Part shown: in pieces, positions 1 through 14,154 of the stretch
Layout: the number at the start of each line of letters is the position of its first letter
Position numbering within the stretch: the first letter of the stretch is position 1
Assembly (NCBI RefSeq): GCF_009914755.1
Contig: NC_060929.1
Direction: 5' to 3' (one strand)
Origin: the human T2T-CHM13v2.0 reference genome, Homo sapiens
Length of the DNA stretch: 64,000 nt
The notes under the pieces: model-generated
Database searches by the model: none
Seen by the model: the letters and a program-made list of their open reading frames with translations, nothing else
Told to the model about the DNA's origin: nothing
Position numbers and translations under genes: made by a program

Positions 1-639
1 TGCTCAGTAAATTTGTATTATTATATTAGAAAACAGGAATGACCAATACTCAATGAAAACTTGTTGTTGACTAACATCTCATTAGTATGTAATAGAAGTG
101 TACTTTTCAGTGTCTTTGAAATATATTGGAAAAATGCAGGGCAAAATGCTAGTGCTTGTTAGTAATCATAGTAACAAAAGTTATTCCTGCTGCATTCTAC
201 ATGTTTATTAATTAGGTTTACTGTCCCAAGTGCAGGAGACTCAGTAGATATTAAGTCAAACACAGTTCTTGCCCCATGGAGTTTAGCTGAAAATTAGCAA
301 TCAGCACTCAACAAATGTAAATGTAATATGTGCTGCAAATTGTGCTGTGAAACTATATGATAAAGAATTTAACTTAATGTGAGGATAATATGAGTATGTC
401 CAGACTTAAAGGATGAGCCTAATGCGGCCAGGCTAACAGTGGTAGAATGTTTTTTTTTCCAGACAAAGACAATAACATATGCTAAGTTTACAGGGTAGGA
501 AGAAGTTTGACACATGGGATATGAGGTCAGTGTAGTTCATGAGGAGGAGGAACCACCGGAGAAGACTCAGAATGTGTAGCAAGGGAAAAAAGGAAATCCA
601 GGAAAGTGGGTTATCACTGAGGTTATTAAATATATGCAA

Positions 640-740
640 CATTTGGGAAATACCTATATTGAAAATTAGTCATAGCTTCTCTGGTAAGCAAATGTAACTG
701 AGCACCTTGTATTATTTATTTGCTAAATCTGGCAACCCTA
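640..740. mobile_element. MER53-like hAT MITE, half copy
   Basis: Ends in TATTTGCTAAATCTGGCAACCCTA, matching the recalled MER53 terminal repeat. A similar half copy lies at 62428-62534. Confidence 0.65.
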
Positions 741-1339
741 GTTATCAGGTAAGTCAAGAGTAGAAAGTGTCAAGGAGGAAATCACCACAATTACAAGTAG
801 TATTTGTGGGGCATTGTGCCAAGAGCTTGGCATGGATTGTGTAGTTTCATATCCCTGCCTTTGGCCTTTCTAATTCACACAGCTGGATCTACTAATGGTC
901 TGATTTGAAGCTCTTGGATGTCCTCATTTGATAATGTTGAACCAGATGAAAAGTGTCAAAGTAATCCCAACTCCATTAGCCCTTGTGTATCGGAATAAAA
1001 TTGAGCTTTATACAAGCCCTGAAATCTGCGGAGTGCTGAGGGCATGGGGCAGAATAGGCTAGACACTTTCAATATCTCTCTCTATCCCTCTCACAATCCA
1101 CCCTTATTGACCTACTATCTTTGTGTGATTCCTACTTTGCAGACAGCAGAATATTATTTGAGAAACATAATGTCCTTCTAAGACTAAGTGTCTGTCCTCA
1201 AGCTAGTGCTAGTTTTTTGTTGTTGCTGTTTTTGTTTTGTTTTGCTGAATAATATGGTCTTCTCAGATCCTCTTAACTTCCAGAATCCCAAATAATAATT
1301 TGCTGCCACCATCATAATCATAATTATTATAATATTTAA

Positions 1340-1470
1340 CATTTGCTGAGTTCTTATTAAATATCAGACACTCTACCAACAGCTTTATATAAATGGTCTC
1401 ATTAAATTTCTCAACAGTTCAATAATGTTGATATCATCTATTTTTTATATATGTAAAGAAACTGACATCC
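1340..1470. mobile_element. MIR remnant, apparently continuing at ~3530-3600
   Basis: Degenerate MIR core (...gtaaagaaactgac). It resumes as cacttgaccaagaccactctgttagtaagt after the L1/Alu insert. Confidence 0.45.
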
Positions 1471-1540
1471 ATATCAAGCCACTTGCCATGATGAGATAAC
1501 TGAGATTCCCCAAGAGTTACTTATTCAAGTTAAAAGTGAA

Positions 1541-3196
1541 GTCTATTAATTTTTCACAGAAATAGAAAGAAAAACCTCAAAATTTATATGGAACCACAAA
1601 AGACCCCAAATAGCCAAAGCAATCCTAAGCAAAAAGAACAGAGCTGAAAGCATCACTTTGTCTAACTTCAAATTATATTGCAAAGCTATAGTAACCAAAA
1701 CAGTATGGTATTGGTATAAAAGCAGACACATAGACCAATGGAACCGAATAGAGAACCCAGAAATAAAACTGCACATTTATAGTCAACTCATTTTTGACAA
1801 AGCTGTCAAGAGCATACTTTGGTGAAAGGACAGTCTCTTCAATAAATGGTGCTGAGGAAACTGGTTATCCACAGGCAGAAGAATGAAATTAAACCCCATG
1901 CCTCAACATATAGAAAAAGTCAAATAAAAATGGATCGAATATTTAAATTTAATATTTGAAACTATCAAACTACTGGAAGAAAATATTAACGAAATGCTCT
2001 AAGACATTGATTTGAGCAAAGATTTCTTAAGACCCCAAAAGCACAGGCAACAAAATAAAAATGGACAAATGAGATCACATCAAGCTAAAAAGCTTCCGCA
2101 CAGCAAAGAAAACAATAACAAAATGAAAAGATAACCCACAGAATGAGAAAAAATATTTGCAAACTGACCCTCTGACAAGTGATTAATAACCAGAACATAT
2201 AAGAAGTTCGATCAACTCAATAGCAAAATATATCTGATTTAAAAATGGGCAAAAGATCTGAATAGACATTTTTCAAAAGAAGACATACAAATGGCCAACA
2301 TGTATACGAAAACATGCTCAACATGGCTAATCATCAGAGAAATTCAAATCAAAATTGCAGTGAGACATCAGTTAAAATGGCTTTCACAAAAAAGGCAATA
2401 ACAAATGCTGGTAAGGAGACACAGAAAGAAGAAACTTTGTACACTTTGGTGGGAATATAAATTACTACATCCACTATGAAGAACAGTTTGGAGGTCCCTC
2501 AAAAAACTAACAATAGAACTAACATATGATCCAGCAATTCCACTATTGTCTGTGTACCCACCCCCCCTCAGAAAAAAGGAATTCACTATATTGAAGAAAT
2601 ATCTGCACTTCCACGTTTATTGCAGCACTATTCACAATAGCCAGGATATGGAAGTGTCCATCAACAGATGAATGAATAAAGAAAACGTGGTGTATATATA
2701 GACAATGGCATATTATTCAGCAATTAAAAAATAAAATCCCACCATATATAACAACATGGATGGAACTGGAAGTTGTATTTCATGAAATAAGCTAGGCACA
2801 GAATGACAAATACTGCATGTCTCATTCATATGTGGGAGCTAAAATGTTAATCTCATGGAGGTAGAGAGTAGAATAATGGTTCCCAGAGGCTGGGAAGGAT
2901 GGTGGGTCAGGGGGATTAAATATGGGCTGGTTAATGGGTACAAAAATACAGTTAGATAAAAGAAATAAGATATAATGTTCAGTAGCACAATAAGGCAACT
3001 ATAGTTAACAATAATGTTATATATTTTAATATAACTAAATGTAATTGGAATGTTCCTAATGAGTAAATAATAAATGCTTAAGGTGATGGACTTCCTTATT
3101 ATTCTGATTTGATCATTAAACACTATGTGCTTGTATTAAAATATTGCATACATCCCCTAAATATGTACAATTATGAATCCATAAAAATTAAAAATT
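1541..3196 (+). mobile_element. 5'-truncated old LINE-1 (L1MA-type): degenerate ORF2 3' part and 3'UTR
   Basis: Decayed ORF2 motifs (aaatttatatggaaccacaaaagaccccaaatagccaaagc; tctcttcaataaatggtgct) and an L1MA-type 3'UTR. Possible TSD AAAAGTGAA at 1532-1540 and 3525-3533. Confidence 0.9.
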
Positions 3197-3502
<306 letters not shown>

Positions 3503-4747
3503 TTAAAAATTAAAATGCAATTAGAAAAGTGAATTCACTTGACCAAGACCACTCTGTTAGTAAGTTGTGGGTTCAAATTTTAATTTGCATTTGACTGTCA
3601 GCTAAGCCAAGTCTCTTAATAAATACTCTATGCTTATTCTCTACCTCTCTCACATTTTTCCCCATCAACAGGCACAATTTTCTCATCATTTTCAAAGCCT
3701 GGTTCTAGTCTGTTTACTTGACCATTTGCCCAAATGTCTCTTTAAGAAACAGAAGCCTGTATCTTCTCAACAGGGTGGTTTTTGTGGATGAGTGTTCCTT
3801 TTCACCATGCCATTTTTGCATGCCTTCTACTCAAATCAGCTCTCATTACCTCAAACTTAGTAGATCTATTGTGGCTTTAAAATATCCACATATAATTGGG
3901 GTTGAGGGTGCTCCTTAACATATCTCCAACTGTATGTGGAATTGGGGGAAATATTATTTGTGTATTTGGATTAAGATTGTGAATATATTAAAATGTTTGT
4001 TTTTTAACATTGGAATTTTTAAAATTTAAATCTTCAATGTAATACAGCAGCTCTTTTTATCTCTATAAATATGTCATTAACTCTAAGTGTAGGCTTTGCT
4101 TCACTAAACCTTCTCATTTTTTATGACATTAGTACCTCAGTTTCTGTTTCAGTTTATCAGATCAATAAAATAAAAAAAAAATTACTGAAAAAACTATTTG
4201 AATTGGCAGATCAAACGTCCTGTAAGACTTAAGGGAGATTCTGTAGGCTCTAGGCAATCATTTGAGGAAGCTAAATCTTTACTGGCTTTAGAAAGATGCA
4301 AAAATTGCTTAACATTCTCGAATATCAGTTGAAGGGCATAACATTTGTTGTAGAATAAACAAAAAAGATAATCCTAAAAATAAAACATCTATCATTGGCC
4401 AGCCAAGGGCTTAAGATCAAATTTTTTTTTTCCAGCAAGACATTTCTAGAAAAAGCAAGAAACAGTTTACTATGCATGATTTTGGGATAGAAGTAAAACT
4501 TTAACATAGAATACGCATTTACTCTTAATGTGTTACTAGCTTTAGGAAAAAAAAAAAAACTAAAAAGCTGATAAATGGAATATTTTCCTGTTATAATTGT
4601 TTTAAAAAGGTAAGTTCAACATAATGACAAGCTGTCAATTTGGTAAATTAAGATGACGGAAACCTGTGGTGTGCTACTGAAATTAATCTGAGAAGCTCCA
4701 GAAATGTTGATGTTTTAGGGTAACAAAACTTTGTCCTATTAAACTTT

Positions 4748-5280
4748 GTATTATGTAGGACACTTTAACTGCAAGAACAGAAACTCAACCCAAGCATACT
4801 TTATGTTAAAAGCAAATGTTTTGGCTCATGTCACTGAAATGCCTATAGCTTAGGATGTGATTGTGCCTAGAGGGCCAAACAATATCTTACATGCTGGCAG
4901 TTTTCTCACCATCTTTAATCTCTGTATTCCTCCCTATTGGATTTACTCTCTATTAGGCCTTTGCTATGCTACCCTTACAAGCTTCCAGCTCCAATTTTAC
5001 TTAAAAGAGAGATTCCATTCTCCCAACAGTGTTGGAAAAGTTTCTGGAATTGAGGTCATTGTCCCTAATTGGGTAATAAGTCAAACTCTGAACCAATAGT
5101 TTTGGCCAAGGAGATACAATTATCAGATTGGTAGGCAGGCTTAGAACCAGGGGTTCATTCAACTCTTATCAAACCAGCTGGACTTAGGGGAAGAGAGGAA
5201 CCCATGGAAACTGGGATGCTGTTGCTAGATGAAGCAAGAACTGATGCTGGAGAGACAAAGCCACAAATGTTCACTATAAG
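4748..5280. mobile_element. Old MLT1-type (ERVL-MaLR) LTR remnant
   Basis: Resembles recalled MLT1K/L sequence (ctgcaagaacagaaactcaaccca...ggctcatgtcactgaaa). Highly diverged. Confidence 0.5.
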
Positions 5281-6087
5281 CATCAATCATTTCTCATTCT
5301 CCTTTCTCTCGTTTCCTTCCTCTGAATAAAACAAATACTGAAACACCTCTGTTTCTTTTTTCTCTGTATTTACACTTCAATATAGCCTTCACAACTAACA
5401 ATGGTTCCTTAAATGAGTCATAATGTTTCCATCCTCAGAGTCTTTGTACATGCCAGTTCCCACTGCCTGAAATGTCTGTCTCTCCCTTATTCACTTGGAG
5501 TGCTCTTCTGTCTCTTGTTACTACATGGCCAATTCCATTGATGTTCAGTTTAAATGTCAGTTCCTCAAAGAAGACTTGGAGTATAGATTCAGAAACTGTG
5601 ATTTATCTATTGTGCTCTTAGATTAAAAACCAAATGAAAGCCTTTGTCCCTTTACACATGAGAAAGCATTTGTGTCACTGAAAACCAGAAGTAGAGAGCT
5701 AATGAATCTGCTGTATTGCATGACTGTAATCTAAGAACAGACATATACTGAAAATGTAGACAGACAGAGGAGAATACAATCTGAAAAGAGTGAATTATTA
5801 TGGCTAGAGGGCAATAAATAGAAAAGTTTATTGAAGAGTGAAAAGTTAGAAAGGTCGTAATTCTACAGTGGGTATAGTCTGTATGTATTTTACAGTGTTC
5901 TGTGGCTGCATTCGGCCAAATATAAGCTGATGTGTGAAAATTAAAAAAATAAAAACCCAATAGCAATAAAGTCATAAAATCAAAAGTGACTACATAATTG
6001 AAAAAATTCAAACAACATTCTGATGACTATTTCTAAAATACCCCTTGTTCAGCTTTGAGAATTGAAAAATAAATAAAACCACAGAGC

Positions 6088-6360
6088 ATACAAAAATATA
6101 CTTAGAATGAATAAGATCTAGTATTTGATGGCACAACTGAATAATTACAGTCAACAGTAATCTATTATCCATTTTAAAATAACTAAAAAACTATTGGAAT
6201 GTTTGTAACACAAAGAAATTATAAATGCTTGAGATGATAGATACTCCATTTACCTTGATGTGATTATTACACATTGCATGTCTCTATCAAAATATCTCAT
6301 GTACCCTATAAATATATACATCTACTATCTACCCATAAAAGTTAAAAATTAAAAACAAAA
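6088..6360 (+). mobile_element. L1MA2/3-like 3' end fragment
   Basis: gatgtgattattacacattgcatg...tcaaaatatctcatgtaccctataaatatatac followed by an A-rich tail. Confidence 0.85.
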
Positions 6361-6569
6361 CAGAGGAAAAATTTTAAAAAGAATAAAGGCATTTTCCAGG
6401 TTATTTTTGTATTACTTTTCAAATCTGTACTTTTGGCTAAGTTCTAAAATTTTAAGTTAACATAATGTTCAGTAAACTTAATGATGTAAAACCCCATTTT
6501 CTTTATTTTTGCATTTTTTAGACCAAAGTTCTTTGAATAAAATAAAGGGAACTCTCTTCTTATGATCTG

Positions 6570-6890
6570 GGATGCTCTCTTCTCTCTGTCCTTGCTTAGC
6601 TAACTTCTCCTTAACAAGATGTCAGCTCAAATGCCATTTCTTCAAAGAAATGTTTACCCTGAGTAATTAATAAAAATCCAGCTGCAATGCTCTTACAGCT
6701 TTTTGCATTTTTTCCTCACTTATCACATATTTTTACTTGGAGGCTATTTGATTTTTGTCTGCGCTCCCTCCCAGGCTGCAAGTTCCATGAGGGCAGTGTC
6801 CATGTCTGTTTTGTTTCTCCACAGTATGTCCAAAATTAAGCCTAGTTCCGAAGAAGGCACTCAATAAATATGTGTGGAATGAGTAAATGT
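6570..6890 (+). mobile_element. L2 3' end remnant
   Basis: ctgcaagttccatgagggcag...ggcactcaataaatatgtgtggaatga, typical of an L2 terminus. Confidence 0.65.
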
Positions 6891-7887
6891 TATTCATCCT
6901 CAAGACTCAGCACAAGTACCTGCAGCTCCAGGTAGCCATCCCTGATACCACTGCCTGTAGATGTCCTCCCTTCATCTTTGTCTCAGAGGCCTCTGTATAT
7001 ACCACTGTCCTAGCACCCACCACATTGTACTGCATCCATCATTATCACCCTCCCTCACTTCCTAGAGGGTACCTGACACAGTACCTAAAATACAAAAGGT
7101 ACTGGAGTAGAGATTCTGTAATGAATGAATGTATAAGTGAAGAAAATAATTAATATGCCCTACTTTCGCCAGTCTCCTTATGCAGAGGCACACGCAGTGT
7201 TATAACCTGGCTGAGGAACCAAGAAGTCCCTAAGGAAATACCTCTGAGATACATTCTTCAATTGGAAAAGTTACTACCCAGAGACAAAAGATGCAGTCAT
7301 AAAGACCTCATCTTTTAAAGATTTTTTTTTTAAAGGTAAGCTTTTAGAATCCTCACTATCTTACAAAGTGAGAAAATATTTTTAGTGACTTGATTCTAAA
7401 GTTCGGCAGTGTGACAATATAACAGTGTCGTTAACTACACTTTCCATCATGTGAATGAAGACTAAATAGTTGACACATTCCTCGTGAGGCACTGTGATTC
7501 CAGGATGATTCAGCTGCTCTTCACATAGTACATTAAGTGTGAGTGATTCACACCACCTGAGGAGCAGTGTGACTCCTCTTAAAAAATGCTAATAGAAAAT
7601 CCAAATCACTTCCTCCAGGTCCCTCTCAAATGAAAGAAATGAAGTTATGTTTTTGACTACTAAACTCCCTTTTTATTTGGGATTTGAAAGAGGCTCAAAT
7701 GCCTTTGTGTATAAGAGAAATTTCATGATTAATAAAATGTGCTTTTGTTGGCAGCTAAGAAATTATACCGGCATTGTGTATGTGTGCATGTGTATGAATA
7801 ATTGGTTAATATGTCAATTTCATATATAGATATATGTTTTAGATATACTATCCACACATGAATATTATATACATGTATAATATACAT

Positions 7888-8100
7888 CTGTTCTTTCAAT
7901 AATTGTGTACTGAGCACCAACCATGTACCAGCCAATGCTCTAGGCCCTAGGAGCGGACTATTGAACATAGCATAGAGTTCTTATCCCCATGGAGTTAACA
8001 TTCTAAGAAGGAATGACATAATAAACAAATAAATAAAACATTCTAATAAATTTTCAGGGATTGAACAGGATAATATGATAACTAGGAAGGAGAATCACTT
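7888..8100 (-). mobile_element. L2 3' end remnant
   Basis: tactgagcaccaaccatgtaccag...ccccatggagttaacattcta. Confidence 0.55.
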
Positions 8101-8369
8101 CTGATATTCCATTTGTATATATACACATATCTGTAATAGGTAAAATGTACAAAACATCTCAATGGAAATCTAGCATATTTTTTAAAAAACACAACAGTGT
8201 AATAACTTTATTTTTAAGAAATGTAAATAAGAGCTCTTTTACATTTTCACATTTAAGCAGTCAAATACTTTCATTTACTCTGTGTATTAAAAAAATCAGA
8301 TGATTTCCAAATTCGGATTTTTCCAAACCTGCAGAATGCTAAAGATAAGATTACTACTGATATGTTTTA

Positions 8370-8550
8370 AGGTGGCATTCCTAAATATAGCTCTGAGAAG
8401 CATCATCTGAGATGCCTTCGAAAATTCCAGATTCTGGTTGACCATATTCAGATCTACATAGTCATGACTTTGTGGATGGGACCTGCAAATATTAAGTATT
8501 TTAAAATCTCCCAAGATGATTTAGATAACTGACCAGGTTTAAGATCTATT
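8370..8550. mobile_element. MER5-like hAT-Charlie remnant
   Basis: gcatcatctgagatgcc...aaaattccagattct...ttttaaaatctcccaagatgatt. Confidence 0.5.
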
Positions 8551-8628
8551 CATCTAAGATGTTCAGAATGGGCATGCAAAGATTCAGAGCAGTGTTTTCG
8601 AGATCCAGGTAAGTAAACTGTCACCGAG

Positions 8629-9012
8629 TGATATGGTTTGGCTCTGTGTCCCCACCCAAATCTCATCCTGAATTATAATCCCCACATGTCAGTGGAGGGA
8701 GCAGGTGGGAGGTGACTGGATCATGGGGGCGGTTTCCCCCATGCTTTTCTTGTGATAGTAAGTAAGTTCTCATGAGAGATGAAGGTTTTAAAGTGTGGCA
8801 CTTCCTCATTCTCTCACACCTCCCTCCTGCCACCTTGTGAAGAAGGTGCCTGCTTCCCGTTTGCCTTCTGGCATGATTGTAAGTTTCCTGAGGGCTCCTA
8901 GCCACGCTCCCTGTTAAGCCTCCAGAACTGTGAGTCAAAGAAACCTCTTTCCTTTATAAGTACCCAGCCTCCAGTAGTATTCTTAATATCAGTGTGAGAA
9001 CAGACTAATACA
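8629..9012 (+). mobile_element. THE1/MST-type MaLR solo LTR
   Basis: Begins TGATATGGTTTGGCTCTGTGTCCCCACCCAAATCTCAT and ends CAGACTAATACA. It sits inside a MER5-like remnant. Confidence 0.92.
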
Positions 9013-10737
9013 CACGTCTTGATAAAAATGCAGATTACTGATCCCAGCCTAGGGATCCTGATTCACCAGATCTAGAGAGCTGTTTGTCTAGCTTTTGTAA
9101 AACTCCCTCGAGTATTCTAACGCACAACTACATTTTTGGAAATCATTGTTTTGAAAAAAATATGTCAGACAGAAAAATTGCCTGTAGGTACAAATATGGT
9201 AATTCTTTCCACAAACGTGGGGCAGACTACCAACAAATTTTCAAACAGCTTCTTTTTATAAAAAATGCTACAGAGTATGCCAACTCCTAATGTAGCTTCA
9301 TAAGAAAATGCTTTTTTGGAAGAAACGTGAATAGATGTTTACAATGGCTGAGAGAAATGTATATTTCGCTAGCTAGTTTCCAGGAGCATCTACTGGTTAT
9401 TGCATGTAAATGAGAACAAAAGCTATAATTTATGCATGCATGAGGAGATTTCAGAATTGCTCTGACGTTATTCCTTAAGAGAGTTGTTGGGCATGAAGAC
9501 CATAATGATGAAGTCGACGTTTATCCAGACATGAAACTTAGTGTGCTTTATTTCCTCATGTTTGTTTTCCTTTTACTTGGAGAATATAACTCTGTCTTAA
9601 CCCTTTTCTAGTCATCCCTTGATCCCTACCGAGTTATTATCCCTCTCAACGAATGACTTACACTAGTTGAAACAAAAATTTCTCATCTTGAGCTGAAAAC
9701 TATGGGAGAGGAAGTGGTTGGAATGGGATGTACGGCTGTTGGTTCAAGTAAAAAAAATAAAGGGAAAATGTGCAGATGGGCAGGAAGGCATGGTTTCCTC
9801 AGAGCACCTCAATGTGGAGCAATGATGTCTAGGTGGGAATGCATATCATAATGGCATATTATGAACAACACAAGAGCTTTGAAACACCTCAGAAATCAGT
9901 CTCAAAAGAGGGCAAGTGTGTGGAAAATATTTGGTGAAAGAGAAGGGAAGAAATAGATAAATTATTGTATGGCCTATGATTACTGAAAAGTAAATACCTT
10001 ACAAATCTACTGTAATTTAAACTATCTTGCACTGAGTAAGAGAATTGACCTACAGCTCAACAGAAGAAAATATAATTTCTAGAAAAAGAACTGATTATAT
10101 ATGCAAATTTAAAAAGCATTTAAATTAAACAATATAGATTGGTGGAATAATCATAAATCAAGTAATGAAAACAGTAATAATCAATAAGCTGTTGCTATTT
10201 TTAAATATATTATCAAATATAATAAAATGAGATTTTAGCCTTTTGGAGTTGAGCTTAAAGAACAACTTGGAAGCTGTATGTCCTTATCCCATTCTGTCAT
10301 CTCGGCTTTGAGATGGCATATCCTGAACTCACCAAATAGTTCATATCTTTAGGAGCATTGCCCTTCAATTACCATATCAAGCTTCTTTCTACAAAGTTCC
10401 ACTCTGGAAAGTCAAGTCTCTATTCTCAGAAGCTTGTGAGTTTCCTTGATACAGAACTAAAGAAGAGAAAAAGATAAAATAACACAGTCGTTTTTAGAAG
10501 GAAAGTGTCCGCATTTATCTCAGGTTGATAGTTATTAATATAATACATCTCAGATTATAAATACATCATAATGTTGGTAAAGAGAGAGTTTTTAATTTAA
10601 TGCCATTAATTATGAAAAAAACATTCCATAGACATTACCTAAAAATATAGCATGTCAGTATAGTCTCATCAACAATACCATCTTTGTTTTTACTTTGCTA
10701 AGATGACAGATGTCATTGTATGTTTTTGTCATGCACA

Positions 10738-11860
10738 TGATTTAAAATATACAATATATACATTCATTATATACACAGCATTTTATATATATATACACAC
10801 ACACACACACAAACACGTATACACAAATTGTGAAATGGTTAAATCTAGCTAATTAAGAAATGCATTACCTCTAGTTATCCTTTTATAAAAAATAGTTATT
10901 ATTTCTGTGGTAAGAACACATAACAAATATCCACTTTCTTTTTTATGAATAGAATATATCACCCTTAACTATAGTCAACTTGCTGCACAATAGATCTCTT
11001 GAAATTTTCCTCTATCTTATTAGGTATCCTTTGACCAACAACATCTTCCCATCTCTCTATCTCTGCCAACCACCTCTGCCACTGGTAACTACCATTATAC
11101 TCTCTACCTTCTATAATATAAAATTTTTAAGATTCCAGTTACGAGTGAGATCATGAGGTACTTGTCTTTCTGTGCCTGGCTTATTTTATTTGACATAATG
11201 TCTTCCAGGTTCATTCATGTGGTTGCAAATTACAGGATTCTTTTCCTTTTATGACTCAATAGTATTTCATTCTGTATATACACAACACAGTTTCCTTATT
11301 CATTCACCTATCAATGGAAATTAGGTTGATTCTATGTCTTGGCTATTGTGAATAGTGCTTTAATAAACATGATAGTACAGGTATGTCTTGAAAATGCTGA
11401 ATTCCTTTTTTAAATATATACTCAGTAGAGAAATTGCTGAATAATATGTTAGTTCTATTTTTAACTTTTGAAAAATTCCATACTATTTTTCATAGTAGTT
11501 GTACTAATTTATGTTTTCTCTGATAGTGTGTAAGGGTTCCCCTTTCTCCACATCCATGCCAATATCTGTTATCTTTGTATTTGATAATAGACTTTCTAAC
11601 TAGGGAGAGATGATATCTCATTGTGGTTTTGATTTACATTTCCTTGATGTTTAGTGATGTTAATTTTTTATATACTTGTTGACAATTTCTATGTCTTTTT
11701 TTGATAAATTTCTACTTAGATCTTTTGCTTATTTTTAAATTATGTTATTTTATTTTTTGCTGTTGAGTTGTTTGAGTTCCTTATCTATTTTGGATATTAA
11801 CCGCTTGTCAAATGTATAGTTTACAAATATTTTCTCTCATTCTGTAGGTTGTCACTTATT
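10738..11860 (-). mobile_element. Old L1MA-type 3' fragment with an internal (TA)n(CA)n tract
   Basis: gagtgagatcatgaggtacttgtctttctgtgcctggcttatt; gatatctcattgtggttttgatt; ctcattctgtaggttgtc. Confidence 0.88.
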
Positions 11861-11980
11861 CTTTAACAACACTGTCTTTAGGTATTTGTATTTACACTGA
11901 GTACAAACTGAAATTGATGTTGTTTGGCTAAATAGTAGAAATTATTTCTCATATCCAAGAATGCTTGCTGAGAATCAGTT

Positions 11981-12263
11981 CTCACAGATAATTTTGCAAA
12001 ATGACAAGACTATAATGATTCTAAGTAAAATAGCATTAAATGACTCTGAAGCATCCACTGTTTCCAGTTTTGAACTGAAACGAAGCCAACAGAAACAAAC
12101 AAGTTTATTACAGGCTTCTGCCAAATGAATAGCAAAAAATAATCCATTGCAAAAAACGAAAAGCCCCCATTATTTTTGCTCATGTCCCTTACAGTGTGCC
12201 ATCAATGTATAACAAAACTAAAGCCTGATGCATTTAGAAATAATATTTTTATTTTAACACTTA
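11981..12263. repeat. Copy 1 (probable donor) of a local ~280 bp duplication
   Basis: Aligns directly to 17077-17354 with ~17 substitutions and one 5-bp indel by manual count. Confidence 0.95.
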
Positions 12264-14154
12264 CCCAGGCACCTATACACATCTTTTTACATATGTAAAC
12301 AGACTAAAAGTTAATATTTATCATAATTTGCTATTTTTTGGCACATGTAATTATAACAAGGCTTTTTATATAATTCATATTATTACTTGATATTTAAAAT
12401 GCATGCTCTGTGGTTTGTTGCAGGACACTGCTGTACATAATTAGCACTTATTTTAAAAATATTCAACCAGAACTTTTTTTAAAAAGGTTATTACTAAATG
12501 ACAATACAACTATTTTTTTTCAGTGGCTTGTAACAAAACAGAACGTATTTACAATTTGACAATGCATTATTTTGAAAACTATCCTTTCTAAGGTCTAATT
12601 TCTCCAGATTTAATAAACTTTTTCTGGTGAAATTTTTCTTCACAAATCAACATCGAACACATCATTCAAATATAATTTCAATCTATTGTCATGTTCTATT
12701 TAATCTAATCAGTTTTCCAAATATTAAGGTTGAATATACTAATCACATCATCCTATGTGATAGATCCAACAAGTAAAGAAATCTTACTGGAAACTTTCTT
12801 ATACATGCAAAAGTATCAGGCCTTCCATTAATTTATTTTAAACACTTTTCAAATTCTACCTTATTTGATTTCCCCCCCACTCCTTCAAGGCTCCCAAAAG
12901 TCTCAGAATGAAAAATGAAAAGCTACAACATTAACTTATATACACATTAGCTCTTACCATCTATATTAGGGGCATTGTTTCATCTGTTTTAGCAGGTGTA
13001 GAATGGACTGAAAGTTAATTGGAAAAGTATTTCAGAACAAAAAGTGGCAGTACAAGGTCAAACAGTTTTTGGAGACATAATGTTTCATACTTTTTATTGG
13101 AAAAAATGCTCAATTGAAGAAAAATTTTCTAGTTTTTAAAAAACAGTAGGGAAAGATTTGTCTATGTAAAACCTGGCTATGATACGTGAAGAAAATAAAA
13201 AAAAAAAACTTTCTTCAGATCCACTTTACTTAGCAGGTTAAGAAGTATTTGTCACTATAGCCTTCAAAAGCCCTTTACGTGAGCTTGGTCTATTTTTTCT
13301 AAGTGTCCTCCATAACATTTTTTGTTTCTAGACCAGGGACTGCTCTCTCCACCTTCCAAAATCCTGGACATCTATTGACATTATGTCTAAAACCCTTCTC
13401 TTTTCAGTTACCTTCCACGGCTACCTGTCTGAATATTATACATGTTACTGACCCTTAGAACTTAATCTGCATGTATTACCACTATGTATATTTTTGTTCT
13501 ACCTAGTCATCAATATTGTAACTTTTTGAGGCCACAGATATATCTGATTCATCTTTGTAGCTTCTAGAACACGGTTATATGCACAAAATTAACATGCTGA
13601 CTTGAATGGATTTGAATAATTATGGCCCATTAAATCTATGGAAAGAGCATCAACTTTTGGTTAAAAAGCTCCTGATGTCCAACATCTAGGTCTAATCCAA
13701 ATACATGGGTACCTGCAGTCATAAACCAAGCTCCCTCTTGAAAACAATGTTTTCAGTTATTATGATAAAATCAAATGTTGGAGTGTTTCAAGCCATTGTC
13801 AAAATGTCATTCAATCAGATGAAAGTAGAATCAACAAGGAAAAAATAGATGGAGGAAATAAAATATATCTAAAGTTTATGAAATTGTTTTGAAGTGATCT
13901 TTAAAATTATAATGTACTATAAAAATAATCTATGAAACACTAGGCAACTATCATACAAATAGTTCCTTTTCTGGCACAATACTGATGGTGGTTAATATTT
14001 CTTTGGTATTTGCTATCTGACAAATATGTGCTAAGCACATTAGATTTATTATTTCATTTGTTATACAGTGGTCCCAAATTACTATGTATCACTGATTCAT
14101 AATAATCCTGTAGCTTATTGTGAGCATGACCATTTTAAAGATGAGGAAACTGAG

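Noticed and set aside
745-755. Isolated GTAAGT donors (also ~4610, ~8609, ~39489, ~62817)
   Set aside because: No convincing paired acceptor or reading frame. Expected by chance.
5652-6011. 119-aa hydrophobic minus-strand ORF
   Set aside because: Non-ATG start, composition driven by an A-rich plus strand, and no recognisable domain or splice structure.
9500-9600. ATGATGA as a snoRNA C box
   Set aside because: No suitably placed CTGA D box and no terminal stem.
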